Assembly (NCBI GenBank): GCA_046290225.1
Contig: JBKAGE010000041.1
Location: forward strand, 1-64,000
DNA: 64,000 nt
DNA from: Bradymonadia bacterium
GTDB taxonomy: Bacteria > Myxococcota_A > Bradymonadia > UBA7976 > UBA1532
Direction of reading: 5' to 3'
Shown: one piece after another, positions 45,642 to 55,455 of the stretch
Layout: every line of letters begins with the position of its first letter
Numbering within the stretch: position 1 is the stretch's first letter
Notes under the pieces: model-generated
Told to the model about the DNA's origin: nothing
What the model saw: the letters and a program-made list of their open reading frames with translations, nothing else
The model's database searches: none
Made by a program: the position numbers and the translations under genes

Positions 45642-46838
45642 TCAGCGCTGCTGAATGTAGCCGTTCTGCATGAGGTAGAGCATGTCCTGCCACGTCTCGA
45701 GATCCGAAGCGTCGCTGGCGTTGAGGATCTGAATCACCTGCCCGAAGTTCAAAATCAGCTGCAGCGTGTCGAGGGTCTCTGCAGAGAGATCCGAGAGCCG
45801 CGGGGTGAGCGGGTGAGCCAGCTTGAGGTGTCCGCTGGCGCCGGGCAGGTGTCGGCTGAACTTGCGCAGCTCGTCCCATTGCCGCACGCCCTCGAGCAGG
45901 AGGTTGCGGGTGTTGTCTTCGATGTGACCTTCGAACTGAGGCAGCGCGTCACCCGTGAGGAAGCGGAAGTCGCCCTCTTGCCAGGTCAGGGTGCGATAGA
46001 GCGCCTTCACCGGATCATCTGGGCGATGATCCGTGCCGTCGGTGGCCTGACTGGACAGGGTGGCGTAGTAGAGATGCCCCTCTTTGAAGAAAATGCGGGT
46101 CTCTTGCACCCAGTGATCGTCGTTGGAGACGAGCAGCACCCCATTGCGGCGGCCAGCATGGAACAGCTCCACGAGATCGGCGACGGTGATGTCGTCGTCG
46201 GGGAACCGCCCGCGCATGGCCTCCTTGAGGCCTGGCAAATCAGGGTGATCAGGCGCTGCGCTTTCCTGCGTACCGCCCGGGTTGAACCCTGGCGCCGGCG
46301 TGGCGATCGGCTCGGCCCGCAGCTGCGAGGGCGCAGCCACGGTGGACATCGGCGCCGGGGTGTTCGGATCCATACCCACGGGGATGTTCACCCGGCCACC
46401 GGCGGGGGCCGTAGGCTGTGAGCCAAGGGGGTGATCACCCTGTGGTGGCATCGTCGCCGGAGGCAGCGTCGCCGGAGGGCCAGCAGGAGCGGGCGTCTCT
46501 TCGATGCCCAGGGTCTGCTCTGTGGACTCCATCTCCATGAGCTGCATGAGCGAGGTGCCCACGAGTACACGATCGCCCACCTGCAGGCGCGCCACGGTGA
46601 TCTTCTCGCCGTTGACGAAGGTGCCGTTGGTGCTCTTGAGATCTTGCAACACGATCTTGCCGTGCAGCGTGATGATCTTGGCGTGGCGACGCGACACCAT
46701 GTCCTCGTGGAGGACCATGTCGTACTCGCTGTTGCGACCGATGATGATCTCGCGGTTGGGTCGGAGAGGGAACTCACCACCCTTGTACTTGCCCGCGATG
46801 AAGCGTAGGGCGTAGGACGCCTTCCTGGGATCAGCCAA
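45642..46838 (-). CDS. FHA domain and DUF4388 (PATAN-like) protein
   Basis: IIGR…VSRRHA…DLKSTNGTFVNG (FHA); Pro-rich linker; IFFKEG…WQEGDFRF…LLLEGVRQWDE. Confidence 0.88.
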   Translation of the reverse strand: MADPRKASYALRFIAGKYKGGEFPLRPNREIIIGRNSEYDMVLHEDMVSRRHAKIITLHGKIVLQDLKSTNGTFVNGEKITVARLQVGDRVLVGTSLMQLMEMESTEQTLGIEETPAPAGPPATLPPATMPPQGDHPLGSQPTAPAGGRVNIPVGMDPNTPAPMSTVAAPSQLRAEPIATPAPGFNPGGTQESAAPDHPDLPGLKEAMRGRFPDDDITVADLVELFHAGRRNGVLLVSNDDHWVQETRIFFKEGHLYYATLSSQATDGTDHRPDDPVKALYRTLTWQEGDFRFLTGDALPQFEGHIEDNTRNLLLEGVRQWDELRKFSRHLPGASGHLKLAHPLTPRLSDLSAETLDTLQLILNFGQVIQILNASDASDLETWQDMLYLMQNGYIQQR

Positions 46839-46945
46839 GGACGCCAGCCTCCGGTCGTCCGATCAATGAAGAATTTGTGGGTATCACGCCGGGCACATCA
46901 GGGCAAGGGTCGATGTCCGAGGCTCGAGGCTCGAGAAGGGGCGTC

Positions 46946-47437
46946 TCAGCTCTCTGGCGCCATGATGAAGGGGAACGAGGCCTTACAGGGCTCGCCCTGA
47001 GGCTTTGGAAACCGCATACGCCCTATGGCGCTCTGGATGCAGGTTTCGACGGCATCGTGGTTGAGCGTGCTGTACTCGACGAGCACGTCAGATGCCTTGC
47101 CGCTCCGCTTGATTTGCCAATTTAAGGCGATCTTGCCCATGAGCGTGGGGGTCTTTTTCAGGTGCTTCTCGTAGCAGCGCTTCACGACACTCGACTTTCG
47201 CTCGAGGACTGCGAGCACCCCCGCTGCGGTGCAGGTCGAGGTGGTGGTGCCTTCCAGGATTTTGAGCCGCCCCTGCACGGGCTTTTTCTTCTGAGGTGGG
47301 CAGACATCGAATGGTTGCAGTGGGTGACAATCCGGGACGCAGGGGCGGAGCGGGTCATGAGGGCACTCTGGCGGGTGTGCTGTGGCCCTGGGGGTCCACA
47401 GAAGGGAAAGCATGAATATGCAGGTCAGTCGAATCAT
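46946..47437 (-). CDS. AgmX/PglI C-terminal (TonB_C-like) domain exported protein
   Basis: VKRCYEKHL…GKIALNWQI…VETCI…MRFPKP…ASFPF. Confidence 0.8.
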   Translation of the reverse strand: MIRLTCIFMLSLLWTPRATAHPPECPHDPLRPCVPDCHPLQPFDVCPPQKKKPVQGRLKILEGTTTSTCTAAGVLAVLERKSSVVKRCYEKHLKKTPTLMGKIALNWQIKRSGKASDVLVEYSTLNHDAVETCIQSAIGRMRFPKPQGEPCKASFPFIMAPES

Positions 47438-47698
47438 GTTTTTCAAGGCTCGAAAGTGAACAGGGAGTTGACCTGGCAGAGGCCACCCTTGTGGAAGCGC
47501 CAGCGCTTGATGTTGCGCAGCATACAACTCTCTGCTTCCAACAGTGTTTTGGGTCAGAGTTCAGCGTCACCGGCGGATCGATGACTGCGCCCTGCGTTGG
47601 TGGGTGTGACATCGCCTGAGACTGAAAGTTCCGGTAAGAGTCTGTCGTTTCAGACTTTGACGCTTTGTATGTCACCGGCAGGTGAGAGGAGATTGCAC

Positions 47699-49780
47699 AT
47701 GAGAATGCGGATGGGCGTGTGGGCGTGCCTGTTGAGTCTGCCGTTGACCGCTGGGGTGGCCAGGGGCGCCGAGACCGACGAAGAGAAAGCGCTCCGCCTC
47801 GACCTCGCCCGCATCGCCGGCCTCGAGGCGCGGCGCGATCTCGCCTCGGGCTGGCTGGTGAAACAGCTCGAGGACGAGCGCCCGGAGATCAGGCGCCGGG
47901 CTGCGCTCACGCTGGGCCGCATCGAACGGGTAGAGACTCGGAGCGCCCTGGCGAAGGCCCTCGGCGACACCGACGTCGCGGTGCGCAGACATGCAGCCTT
48001 CGCCCTCGGGCAGCTTGGGCTGGGCTCAGCGGACATCATCATCGGGCGCCTCGAGGTCGAGCAGAGTCCCGAGGTCAAGGGGGCCCTGCTGAGGGCTCTG
48101 GGGCAGGTGGCCAACCTGTTGCACGAGAAGCCCTTGAAGGCAGCCCTCACCGACGCCGACGCCGGCGTCAGAGCTCAAGCATTCACGGCGCTGGCGTTGT
48201 TGGCCCGTCGGTTCGACGGGCGCATCGACGAGACCGGCTTGGAAGACATCGCCAAGGGCCTCTCCGATGCCGACGAGAGGGTGAAGCGCGCCGCTGCCTA
48301 TCTGCTCATGCGCCAGAAGGTGCACACCGGAGATGACGCTCTGGGCCATGTGGCCACCTGCGCGAGCAAAGGCCCCGTCGACGGGCGGGTGTGGTGCACC
48401 CAGGCGCTGGCGCACTTCGGCGAGCGGGGCACCGCGGCCTTGAAGGCAGCCATCCTCGATCCAGAGTGGCGGGTGCAGGCTGCAGCAGCCCAGGCCATGG
48501 GTGCCTTGAAGATCGACACTGGCAACAAGGGGGCCCTCATCAACGAGACCTTGTCTGTCTGGGCCACGAAGATCGCCGAGCAAGGTGGCAGATTGCCCGC
48601 GAATCATGGCTTGCCGTTGATGTCACTGCTCGACAGCGGGCTGGCCCTCGATGTCGCCGTCGCGAACAAGCTCGTGCCCGGCGCTCAGGCGGTCTTGAAG
48701 GCCGTGAAGATCCCTGATGGGCCCGAGGGGCGCACCGCCTCGCACGTGCTGTGTCGGGCGGCGGCCCTCGCTGATCGGGCCCGAGGCAAGCTCAAGGCCC
48801 TGCGCAAGTGTGGTCAGCCCGACTTCCCTGAGCAGTTCCGGCAGGTCCTCTCGGTGCGGGTGGCCGACAAAGTGCCCCTCAAGAAGAGGGCCCGAGCGCT
48901 CACGAAGCTCTACAAGAAGGCTTCTCCCCTCGGCCGGGTGGCCATCATGTCGGCCCTCGAAGGTATGGGGGCGATAGCACCTGGCGTGGAGAACCTCGTC
49001 ATCAAGGGTCTCGGCGACGCGGATCCCGGGGTGATCACCGAGGCCGCCCGAGTGGCAGGTGTGCTGGCCCTCGAGGAGGCCGCTCAGCCCCTCGTCAATG
49101 CCTACCAGCGCATGATGCCTGCCGAAGAGCTCGAGGCGGTGCAGGCCATCTTCAAGGCCTTGGGTCAGATCAAGCCGTTGGGCGTGGCGCCGATCCTGGA
49201 GAATCACTTGTCTCACCCCAACCCTGCCTTGAGGCAGTCAGCGGTGCAGGCCCTGCAAGCGGTGAAGGGCCACGAGGGGCGGGCCATGGCGGTGATCCCC
49301 CGAGGGACCGCCGGTGAGCCTGTGCCCGATCTGGCCCAGGTGGAGATCACGCCCTATCGCAAGGCCACGGTGACCACCAGCAGAGGTGACGTGGTCATCG
49401 CCCTGCGGCGAGAGGCCACCCCTGGCACGGTGCGCAACTTCGTGAAGCTGGCGAAGAAGGGGTTTTACAACGGGCTGACGTTCCATCGGGTGGTGCCGGG
49501 CTTCGTCACCCAGGGGGGTGATCCTCGAGGGAACGGATCCGGCGGTCCGGGGTACACCATCCGCTGCGAGCTCGACACCGAGCCCTACGTGCGAGGCGCT
49601 GTGGGCATGGCCCTCGCGGGCCGGGACACCGGGGGTAGCCAGTTCTTCGTCACCCACGGGCCGACCCCGCACTTGGAGGGCGGCTACACCCTCTTTGGCC
49701 ACGTGGTCAAAGGCATGCAGGTGATCGACACCCTCACCCCAGGAGACACGATCGTGCAGATCAGCTTCAGTCGGAACTGA
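47699..49780 (+). CDS. HEAT-repeat protein with cyclophilin-type peptidylprolyl isomerase
   Basis: HEAT repeats (VRRHAAFALGQL); FYNGLTFHRVVPGFVTQGGDPRG…GSQFFVTH. Confidence 0.92.
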   Translation: MRMRMGVWACLLSLPLTAGVARGAETDEEKALRLDLARIAGLEARRDLASGWLVKQLEDERPEIRRRAALTLGRIERVETRSALAKALGDTDVAVRRHAAFALGQLGLGSADIIIGRLEVEQSPEVKGALLRALGQVANLLHEKPLKAALTDADAGVRAQAFTALALLARRFDGRIDETGLEDIAKGLSDADERVKRAAAYLLMRQKVHTGDDALGHVATCASKGPVDGRVWCTQALAHFGERGTAALKAAILDPEWRVQAAAAQAMGALKIDTGNKGALINETLSVWATKIAEQGGRLPANHGLPLMSLLDSGLALDVAVANKLVPGAQAVLKAVKIPDGPEGRTASHVLCRAAALADRARGKLKALRKCGQPDFPEQFRQVLSVRVADKVPLKKRARALTKLYKKASPLGRVAIMSALEGMGAIAPGVENLVIKGLGDADPGVITEAARVAGVLALEEAAQPLVNAYQRMMPAEELEAVQAIFKALGQIKPLGVAPILENHLSHPNPALRQSAVQALQAVKGHEGRAMAVIPRGTAGEPVPDLAQVEITPYRKATVTTSRGDVVIALRREATPGTVRNFVKLAKKGFYNGLTFHRVVPGFVTQGGDPRGNGSGGPGYTIRCELDTEPYVRGAVGMALAGRDTGGSQFFVTHGPTPHLEGGYTLFGHVVKGMQVIDTLTPGDTIVQISFSRN

Positions 49781-49840
49781 TCTCCGACTCCGCTTTCGGT
49801 ATACTCTCCGCTTATCGACCTTTTGCGCGGAGTACCGACA

Positions 49841-50128
49841 ATGCAATCCATCACCCACACCGGCGACCTCCTGCAGGCCATCTGGACCCCAGGCCCAGGT
49901 GAGCTGTTGTTGATTCTGGCCATCGTGCTGGTGGTCTTCGGCGCCAACCGCATCCCCCAGCTCGGCGAGTCCCTGGGCAAGGGCATCCGGAACTTCAAGA
50001 AGTCGTTCAGCAGCGACGAGATCGAGACCCAGCCCACTCAGCACAATGTCAAAGAGGTGGCTGACCACACCGTGGAGCCTCTGGAGAGCCGCCTGGGCAA
50101 CACGCAGGAATCGAAGACCAAGATCTGA
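49841..50128 (+). CDS. tatA: Twin-arginine translocase subunit TatA/E
   Basis: GPGELLLILAIVLVVFGANRIPQLGESLGKGIRNFKKS. Confidence 0.92.
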   Translation: MQSITHTGDLLQAIWTPGPGELLLILAIVLVVFGANRIPQLGESLGKGIRNFKKSFSSDEIETQPTQHNVKEVADHTVEPLESRLGNTQESKTKI

Positions 50129-50149
50129 GGCTTCGCGCCTCATTTCGAT

Positions 50150-50947
50150 TCAGTGCATCTGGCTGTTGCTCAACAGCTCCCGTGCCCGCCTTTGCAGTGC
50201 TTCACTGAGTAGCCCGTCGTACGAGACACCCTTCAAAGTGCGCGTGTCCATGAGGGGCAGTAGATTGATCCCCATATCCACCGGTGAGTAGGGGTTGAGG
50301 AGCAATGCTTTTTGCACCTCACCTCGACGCCCCCAGCGCGGATGCCCGAAGACCACCTCGAGGCAGGTGGCGAGGGTGGGTCGCCGCGCGGCGACCCGGA
50401 TGACGTCCTGCTCCACCATGAGCGGATGATCGAGCACATGACGCAGCACCACCGGATCAGGATCGAAGAGCAGTCGGCCCAACAATGTACGATCAGCTGT
50501 GCGGGCCATCATCCTGCGGTGCCCCAGCGTGATCTCGCGACCCTCACCACCGAGCTGGGGCTCTTTGATGTGGGTGGCCACCGCCGCCGGTGGGGGGGCG
50601 GTGGGCAGCAACAGCCGCATGACGTCGATGTCGCCTCTTTCACGGGCGGCCTCGTAGATCACCCGCCGGCGCTCGTGGTGCGCCTCGGCGGCCCGCCGGC
50701 TGATGCCGTGGGTGTCACGACCCGAGTGTTGTCTGAGCCAGATGACCAGTGAGATGTAGGCGGTCCGGTAGGGCTCTTCGCGGCGTTGCACCCCGGCGAA
50801 GAGCTGAGAGAGCAGCAGGATCAAGTCATCGGTGGGGCAGGTCTCGAACTGCTCGGCCCAGAGCGCTTCTTGCATCTCGGGCTCGGTGATCGCCGCCAGA
50901 CGCCTGACGAAGGCCTGAGCGCGTGACGATGGTTCGGTCAGACTCAC
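50150..50947 (-). CDS. Helical hypothetical protein of a type common in myxobacteria
   Basis: TLGHRRMMAR…LLFDPDPVV…VIRVAARRP…LLLNPYSP; coding bias. Confidence 0.7.
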   Translation of the reverse strand: MSLTEPSSRAQAFVRRLAAITEPEMQEALWAEQFETCPTDDLILLLSQLFAGVQRREEPYRTAYISLVIWLRQHSGRDTHGISRRAAEAHHERRRVIYEAARERGDIDVMRLLLPTAPPPAAVATHIKEPQLGGEGREITLGHRRMMARTADRTLLGRLLFDPDPVVLRHVLDHPLMVEQDVIRVAARRPTLATCLEVVFGHPRWGRRGEVQKALLLNPYSPVDMGINLLPLMDTRTLKGVSYDGLLSEALQRRARELLSNSQMH

Positions 50948-50983
50948 CGGCTCTCCCTGGGCTGTGCCCGGTGGGGTGGGTGA

Positions 50984-51907
50984 TCAGGGAGAACGCGTAG
51001 CTTCCGAGTGCTTGATCTCGGCATATGGGGTCAGTTCGCCGAGGGCCGTGCTGCCCTCCTTCAAGAAGACCACATTGAACAGTCGCCGACCCCCTGGGGG
51101 GATTTTGATGTCGGCGAGCTCTGGGAGGAACGTGGCGAAGTGAGGGTGCCCTGGATCAGCAGCCACCTTGGCGGCTTCGGCTTCGTCGAACGTGGTGCAG
51201 CACGGAATCACCCGGCGGTGCAGCGGCAGATTGCCCTGCCTCAGCTGCGCTTCGATGGTGACGGCATGGTGCACCCCCTCGGTGGGGTTGCTGATTTGAC
51301 CCGTGAGCAGCGCGTGGCCTCCGGGGAGGGGTTCGACAGTGACGTCGACCACCTCGAGGCTGCCGATGGGCGCGGTCGGCTTGGGCGCCGGGGGCAATGG
51401 TTTTGCCGGTGCAGGTCGCGGATCGTGACCTGTGAAGGCGATCTGCGCTGCGATCTTGGGGTTCTCCCAGATGATGGGCTGGAAGTTGTTCTTCCACGCG
51501 ATGAAGAGCCCCACGCCGATGATGGCGAGCAGCAAGGTCAGGATGATGAAGCGCCCGATGCGGGGCTGACGGACGACGGTGATGTCGACGCTGTCGTGGG
51601 CATTCGGGCGGTTGGGGTAGTGAACCTTCTCGTCTTCTTCGTCGGTGATGGCGCTCAGCTCGAGGGTCTGATTCGGATCACCTTCTACGAGGTTGAGCTT
51701 GCCCGGCTCGGGTAAGACAGGGGCTGCAGAGAAGTTCACTGCTGGCGTGAGCGGTGAGCTGAAGGCCAGGGCGGCGCTGACCTCGGGGTCGATCTCCACC
51801 TGCTCGTCGCTGTGATCGCCGAGGACCTGCATGTCGACGATGACCTTGGCGTCATCGGCGCTAGGCCCGTCTTCGAGTTGCTTACGTGGTTGATCGACGC
51901 TGCTCAT
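50984..51907 (-). CDS. Single-pass membrane protein, DUF3426-like
   Basis: Acidic disordered N-terminus, TM helix (FIILTLLLAIIGVGLFIAW), LLTGQISN…IPPGGRRLFNVVF. Confidence 0.6.
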   Translation of the reverse strand: MSSVDQPRKQLEDGPSADDAKVIVDMQVLGDHSDEQVEIDPEVSAALAFSSPLTPAVNFSAAPVLPEPGKLNLVEGDPNQTLELSAITDEEDEKVHYPNRPNAHDSVDITVVRQPRIGRFIILTLLLAIIGVGLFIAWKNNFQPIIWENPKIAAQIAFTGHDPRPAPAKPLPPAPKPTAPIGSLEVVDVTVEPLPGGHALLTGQISNPTEGVHHAVTIEAQLRQGNLPLHRRVIPCCTTFDEAEAAKVAADPGHPHFATFLPELADIKIPPGGRRLFNVVFLKEGSTALGELTPYAEIKHSEATRSP

Positions 51908-52046
51908 AACAGTGCCAGAGGATCGCACTTCCGAGGCCTCAAAACAACCAGGAACCACCACCAAAGCACCCCGTCGTCAGTGGCTGTAGCTTGCTTTGGA
52001 CCAGTGATGGTGGTGTGCTCCCCTTCTTCTCATTGGAGGTGTGGTC

Positions 52047-53225
52047 GTGACCATCGACGAGCAGATGCAGACGCTGTTGATCCGCGAGGGGCTGACGCGC
52101 TCAGAGTTTCAGGAGACGAGCGCCCCGATCTACATGACCTCGGGCTATGTCTACGACTCCGCCGAAGAGGCCGCCGCGGCCTTCACTGGTGAGCAGGAGC
52201 GGTTCATCTACAGCCGTTACGGCAACCCCACGGTGCAGATGTTCCAGAGTCGCCTGGCGGCCCTCGAGGGCGCCGAGGCCTGCTTCGCCACGGCGAGTGG
52301 GATGGCGGCGGTCTTCGCCGCCCTCGCGTCGCAGGTGAGCGCTGGGGATCGCATCGTGGCGCCGAAGGCTCTCTTTGGCTCGTGTCTGCAGATCCTCACG
52401 GTGATTCTGCCCCGCTTCGGGGTAGAGGCCACCCTGGTGGACGGTACGGATCTCGATGACTGGGCCCGGGCCCTGGAGACGCCGGCGAAGGTGGTATTTC
52501 TGGAGAGCCCTTCGAACCCGGCCCTGGAGCTGGTGGATCTCGAGGCGGTGGTGCCCATGGCCAGAGCTGCGGGAGCACGTGTGGTGGTGGACAACGTCTT
52601 CGCCACGCCGATCCTACAAAAGCCGCTGGCCTTGGGCGCCGACGTGGTCATCTACTCGGCGACGAAGCACATTGATGGTCAGGGTCGGGCCCTCGGTGGC
52701 GCAGTGCTCGGCACCACTGAGTTCATCACCGAGGTGTTGCAGCCCTTCGTGAGACACACGGGGCCGAGCATCAGCCCCTTCAATGCCTGGCTGATGCTCA
52801 AGGGCCTCGAGACCCTGCAGCTGCGGGTACGGGCCCAATGCGACAACGCCCACGGCCTCGCGGATTGGCTTGAGCAGCACCCGAAGGTGAAGTCGGTGCG
52901 CTACCCAGGTCTGCAGAGTCACCCCCAGCACGGGCTGGCAAAGCGTCAGATGACCGGCTTTGGCACCCTGGTGGCGTTCCAGCTCGAAGGCGGACAGCCT
53001 GAGGCCTTCCGCATGATGAACGCTTTGAAGCTGGTGGACATCTCGAACAACCTCGGCGACTCGAAGACGCTGATCACCCACCCACCCACCACGACGCATC
53101 GCCGGGTGAGCGAGGCCGATCGCCTCACGCTGGGCATCACGCCTTCGATGGTGCGTTTGTCGGTGGGTTTGGAGGGGCTCGCCGATCTTCGAGCCGACTT
53201 CGAGCAAGCGCTCGCTGCTGTGTGA
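52047..53225 (+). CDS. metZ: O-succinylhomoserine sulfhydrylase
   Basis: YSRYGNPTV, ASGMAAV, ESPSNP, VDNVFATP, SATKHIDGQGR, SNNLGDSK. Confidence 0.88.
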   Translation: MTIDEQMQTLLIREGLTRSEFQETSAPIYMTSGYVYDSAEEAAAAFTGEQERFIYSRYGNPTVQMFQSRLAALEGAEACFATASGMAAVFAALASQVSAGDRIVAPKALFGSCLQILTVILPRFGVEATLVDGTDLDDWARALETPAKVVFLESPSNPALELVDLEAVVPMARAAGARVVVDNVFATPILQKPLALGADVVIYSATKHIDGQGRALGGAVLGTTEFITEVLQPFVRHTGPSISPFNAWLMLKGLETLQLRVRAQCDNAHGLADWLEQHPKVKSVRYPGLQSHPQHGLAKRQMTGFGTLVAFQLEGGQPEAFRMMNALKLVDISNNLGDSKTLITHPPTTTHRRVSEADRLTLGITPSMVRLSVGLEGLADLRADFEQALAAV

Positions 53226-53313
53226 TCCCCATCTTGCTGGGACCTCTTGGCGATCTGGGCACCGGGTTTTCGGTATAAGCATTCGTAACGATGGCTCGCT
53301 GGAGCAGCACCTG

Positions 53314-55455
53314 ATGACCGTTCTCTCTCGTCACCTCTTCATCTCCACCCTCGCGCTGGCGCTCGCGGCCTGTGAGGACGACTCACTGCCGTCGCCCTTC
53401 GATGCCGCTGTCCCCGACGCGCGTTTGCCCGACGCCGCCTTCGACGCCGGTGCCGACGACATGATGGTGGAGATCCCTGATGCAGAGCCGCCACGGCCCG
53501 ATGCTCGGCCTGACCTGCGGTGCGAGGAAGCCTGCGCCACGCTGGCGGCATGTGCAGCCTCTTCGGATCGTTGTCCGGGTGTCGGCGCAGAGGATGAGGC
53601 GAGCTACGCCGAAATCTGTGTACCTGCCTGTGAGGTCAACGCCAGCCTGCTCGATCTCGTCGACGGCTCGGCGTGTGACGACACTGTCTCTCGCATTCGC
53701 GCCCTGAGCGACGACTTCGACACCCGTTGCCAGTCCACGTACACCCTCACCGTGCTGCACACTGCAGGTGGAGTGAGCGATTTGCTGCCTCAGCAGGCAG
53801 AGCTCGCTGGAGGTGGCGATGCGTTGGTGGGCGGTGGTGCGCGGGCTGCGGCGTTGATGCGGCAACTACGGGCCAGCGCAGGGACTGATGGCGTAGTGGC
53901 GATCCATACTGGGGATCACCTGATCCCGGGGTGGGCTTACGACGTCACGCAAGATCTGCCTTTGTCGGCCATGGGCCCGGTGCTTCAAGGGGCCACTGTG
54001 GATGTGGCGGCCCTCGGTGAGCAGGACTTCTTCATCGGCCCCGAACACCTCGCTGCCTGGATCACGGCCTGGGGAGACAGCCCCACCGTGGTGGCCAGCA
54101 ACCTCGGCGACAGCGAAAGCGAGGCACTGCAGGCTCTCAGGGACACCGGGGTGATCTCCACTCGGGTCGTGGTCGAAGCTGGCGGCGCGCGCATCGGCAT
54201 CATCTCGGCCCTGCCAGGCGATCTGCCAGAGATCGCCAGCCCGCTCTCCAATGTGCTCGATCCGCTGGCGGCGTTGATCCTCGAGGTGCTTGCCCTTCAA
54301 GAAGAAGGCGTCGACAAGATCGTGATGGTGAGCCACCTCGATCGTTTCGAGGAAGATCGCATCCTCTCCCTCCAGGCCATCGGGGTCGACGCGGTGATCG
54401 CCGCCGGTGGCGGGGTGTACCTCGGCGATATGGAGGACCAGCGCCTGGTCGGCGACACCCTTGATCCGGTGCTGACCTATCCAACCATGGTGGTCGATGG
54501 TGCTGGTGGGGCGCTGCCCGTGGTGGCCGTTCCGGGTGGCTTCCGCTATGTGGGCCGTCTGGGGCTGACGTTCAACGATCAAGGTGATGTGATCGCCATT
54601 GACGAGACCAGTGGCCCTGTGGGCGTGTGGGCCGATGAGCGTGTGCCTGTCGACCAGGGCACGCTCGATGCGCTCCAGACCTCGGTGGAGCAGCCGCTGC
54701 AGATGGCCCTCGAGGCCCCAGGCCCGATCCTCGCCACCACCTCGGTGGAGATCAGCGGGGTCAACTCGACAATGCAGGAGGTCAACGCCGGAGATCTCGT
54801 CGCCGACGCGATGCTCTGGCAGGCCCGGGCATCGGCTGCGGCATACGGCGCTGATCCTGCGGTGCCCATCGTGGCCTTGGTGGACGGCGGTTCGATTCAG
54901 CCAGTGGCCTGGCCCGTCGCCGAAGACGCCCTCACCCTCGACCTGGTCTACGACCTGGTGCCCGAGCAGGCTACGGTGGTCCTGGTGGAGCTGAGCCGCA
55001 CCCAACTCAAAACAGTGTTGGAGCACAGCTTCTCAGAGCCCATGGGCATGGCGGCGGAGTACTTCCCGCAGGTGGCGGGGATGCGGTTGATGCGCGCTCT
55101 GGGTGAGGAAGCCCGGGGCACGGACGAGAACGGCGCAGGCATCCCTGGCAGCCGTGTACGGGATGTACAGATCGAAGGCCCAGTTGATGGCGGCGCCCGG
55201 CTGGTGAGCGAGGGCCGCGTGCAATCACCCTCCGATGGGCAGTCCGCGACGGTCTATCTGGCGACGACGAATCGCCTGGTGGCGGGTCTGTGGGATTACC
55301 CCTTCAATCTGTTCCCCGCTGCGGCGCGCATCCCTGTGGGTGAGACGGTGCAAGGCGCGTTGCGCGCCTACATCGTCGATGCTCTGGAAGGTGAGATCGG
55401 CCTCGACGACTACCCCACCAAGGGGCAGGATCGCATCCTCGACGTGAATCCCTGA
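53314..55455 (+). CDS. 5'-nucleotidase-like lipoprotein with degenerate metallophosphoesterase motifs
   Basis: Lipobox LAAC; TLTVLHT, GVDKIVMVSHL, YVGRLGLTF, EVNAGDLVADA, FPQVAGMR. Confidence 0.75.
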   Translation: MTVLSRHLFISTLALALAACEDDSLPSPFDAAVPDARLPDAAFDAGADDMMVEIPDAEPPRPDARPDLRCEEACATLAACAASSDRCPGVGAEDEASYAEICVPACEVNASLLDLVDGSACDDTVSRIRALSDDFDTRCQSTYTLTVLHTAGGVSDLLPQQAELAGGGDALVGGGARAAALMRQLRASAGTDGVVAIHTGDHLIPGWAYDVTQDLPLSAMGPVLQGATVDVAALGEQDFFIGPEHLAAWITAWGDSPTVVASNLGDSESEALQALRDTGVISTRVVVEAGGARIGIISALPGDLPEIASPLSNVLDPLAALILEVLALQEEGVDKIVMVSHLDRFEEDRILSLQAIGVDAVIAAGGGVYLGDMEDQRLVGDTLDPVLTYPTMVVDGAGGALPVVAVPGGFRYVGRLGLTFNDQGDVIAIDETSGPVGVWADERVPVDQGTLDALQTSVEQPLQMALEAPGPILATTSVEISGVNSTMQEVNAGDLVADAMLWQARASAAAYGADPAVPIVALVDGGSIQPVAWPVAEDALTLDLVYDLVPEQATVVLVELSRTQLKTVLEHSFSEPMGMAAEYFPQVAGMRLMRALGEEARGTDENGAGIPGSRVRDVQIEGPVDGGARLVSEGRVQSPSDGQSATVYLATTNRLVAGLWDYPFNLFPAAARIPVGETVQGALRAYIVDALEGEIGLDDYPTKGQDRILDVNP

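Noticed and set aside
51950..52020. SAM riboswitch upstream of metZ
   Set aside because: A hairpin (CCAAAGCA…TGCTTTGG, CACCA…TGGTG) exists, but I cannot match SAM-I, SAM-II or SAM-IV consensus; needs an Rfam search
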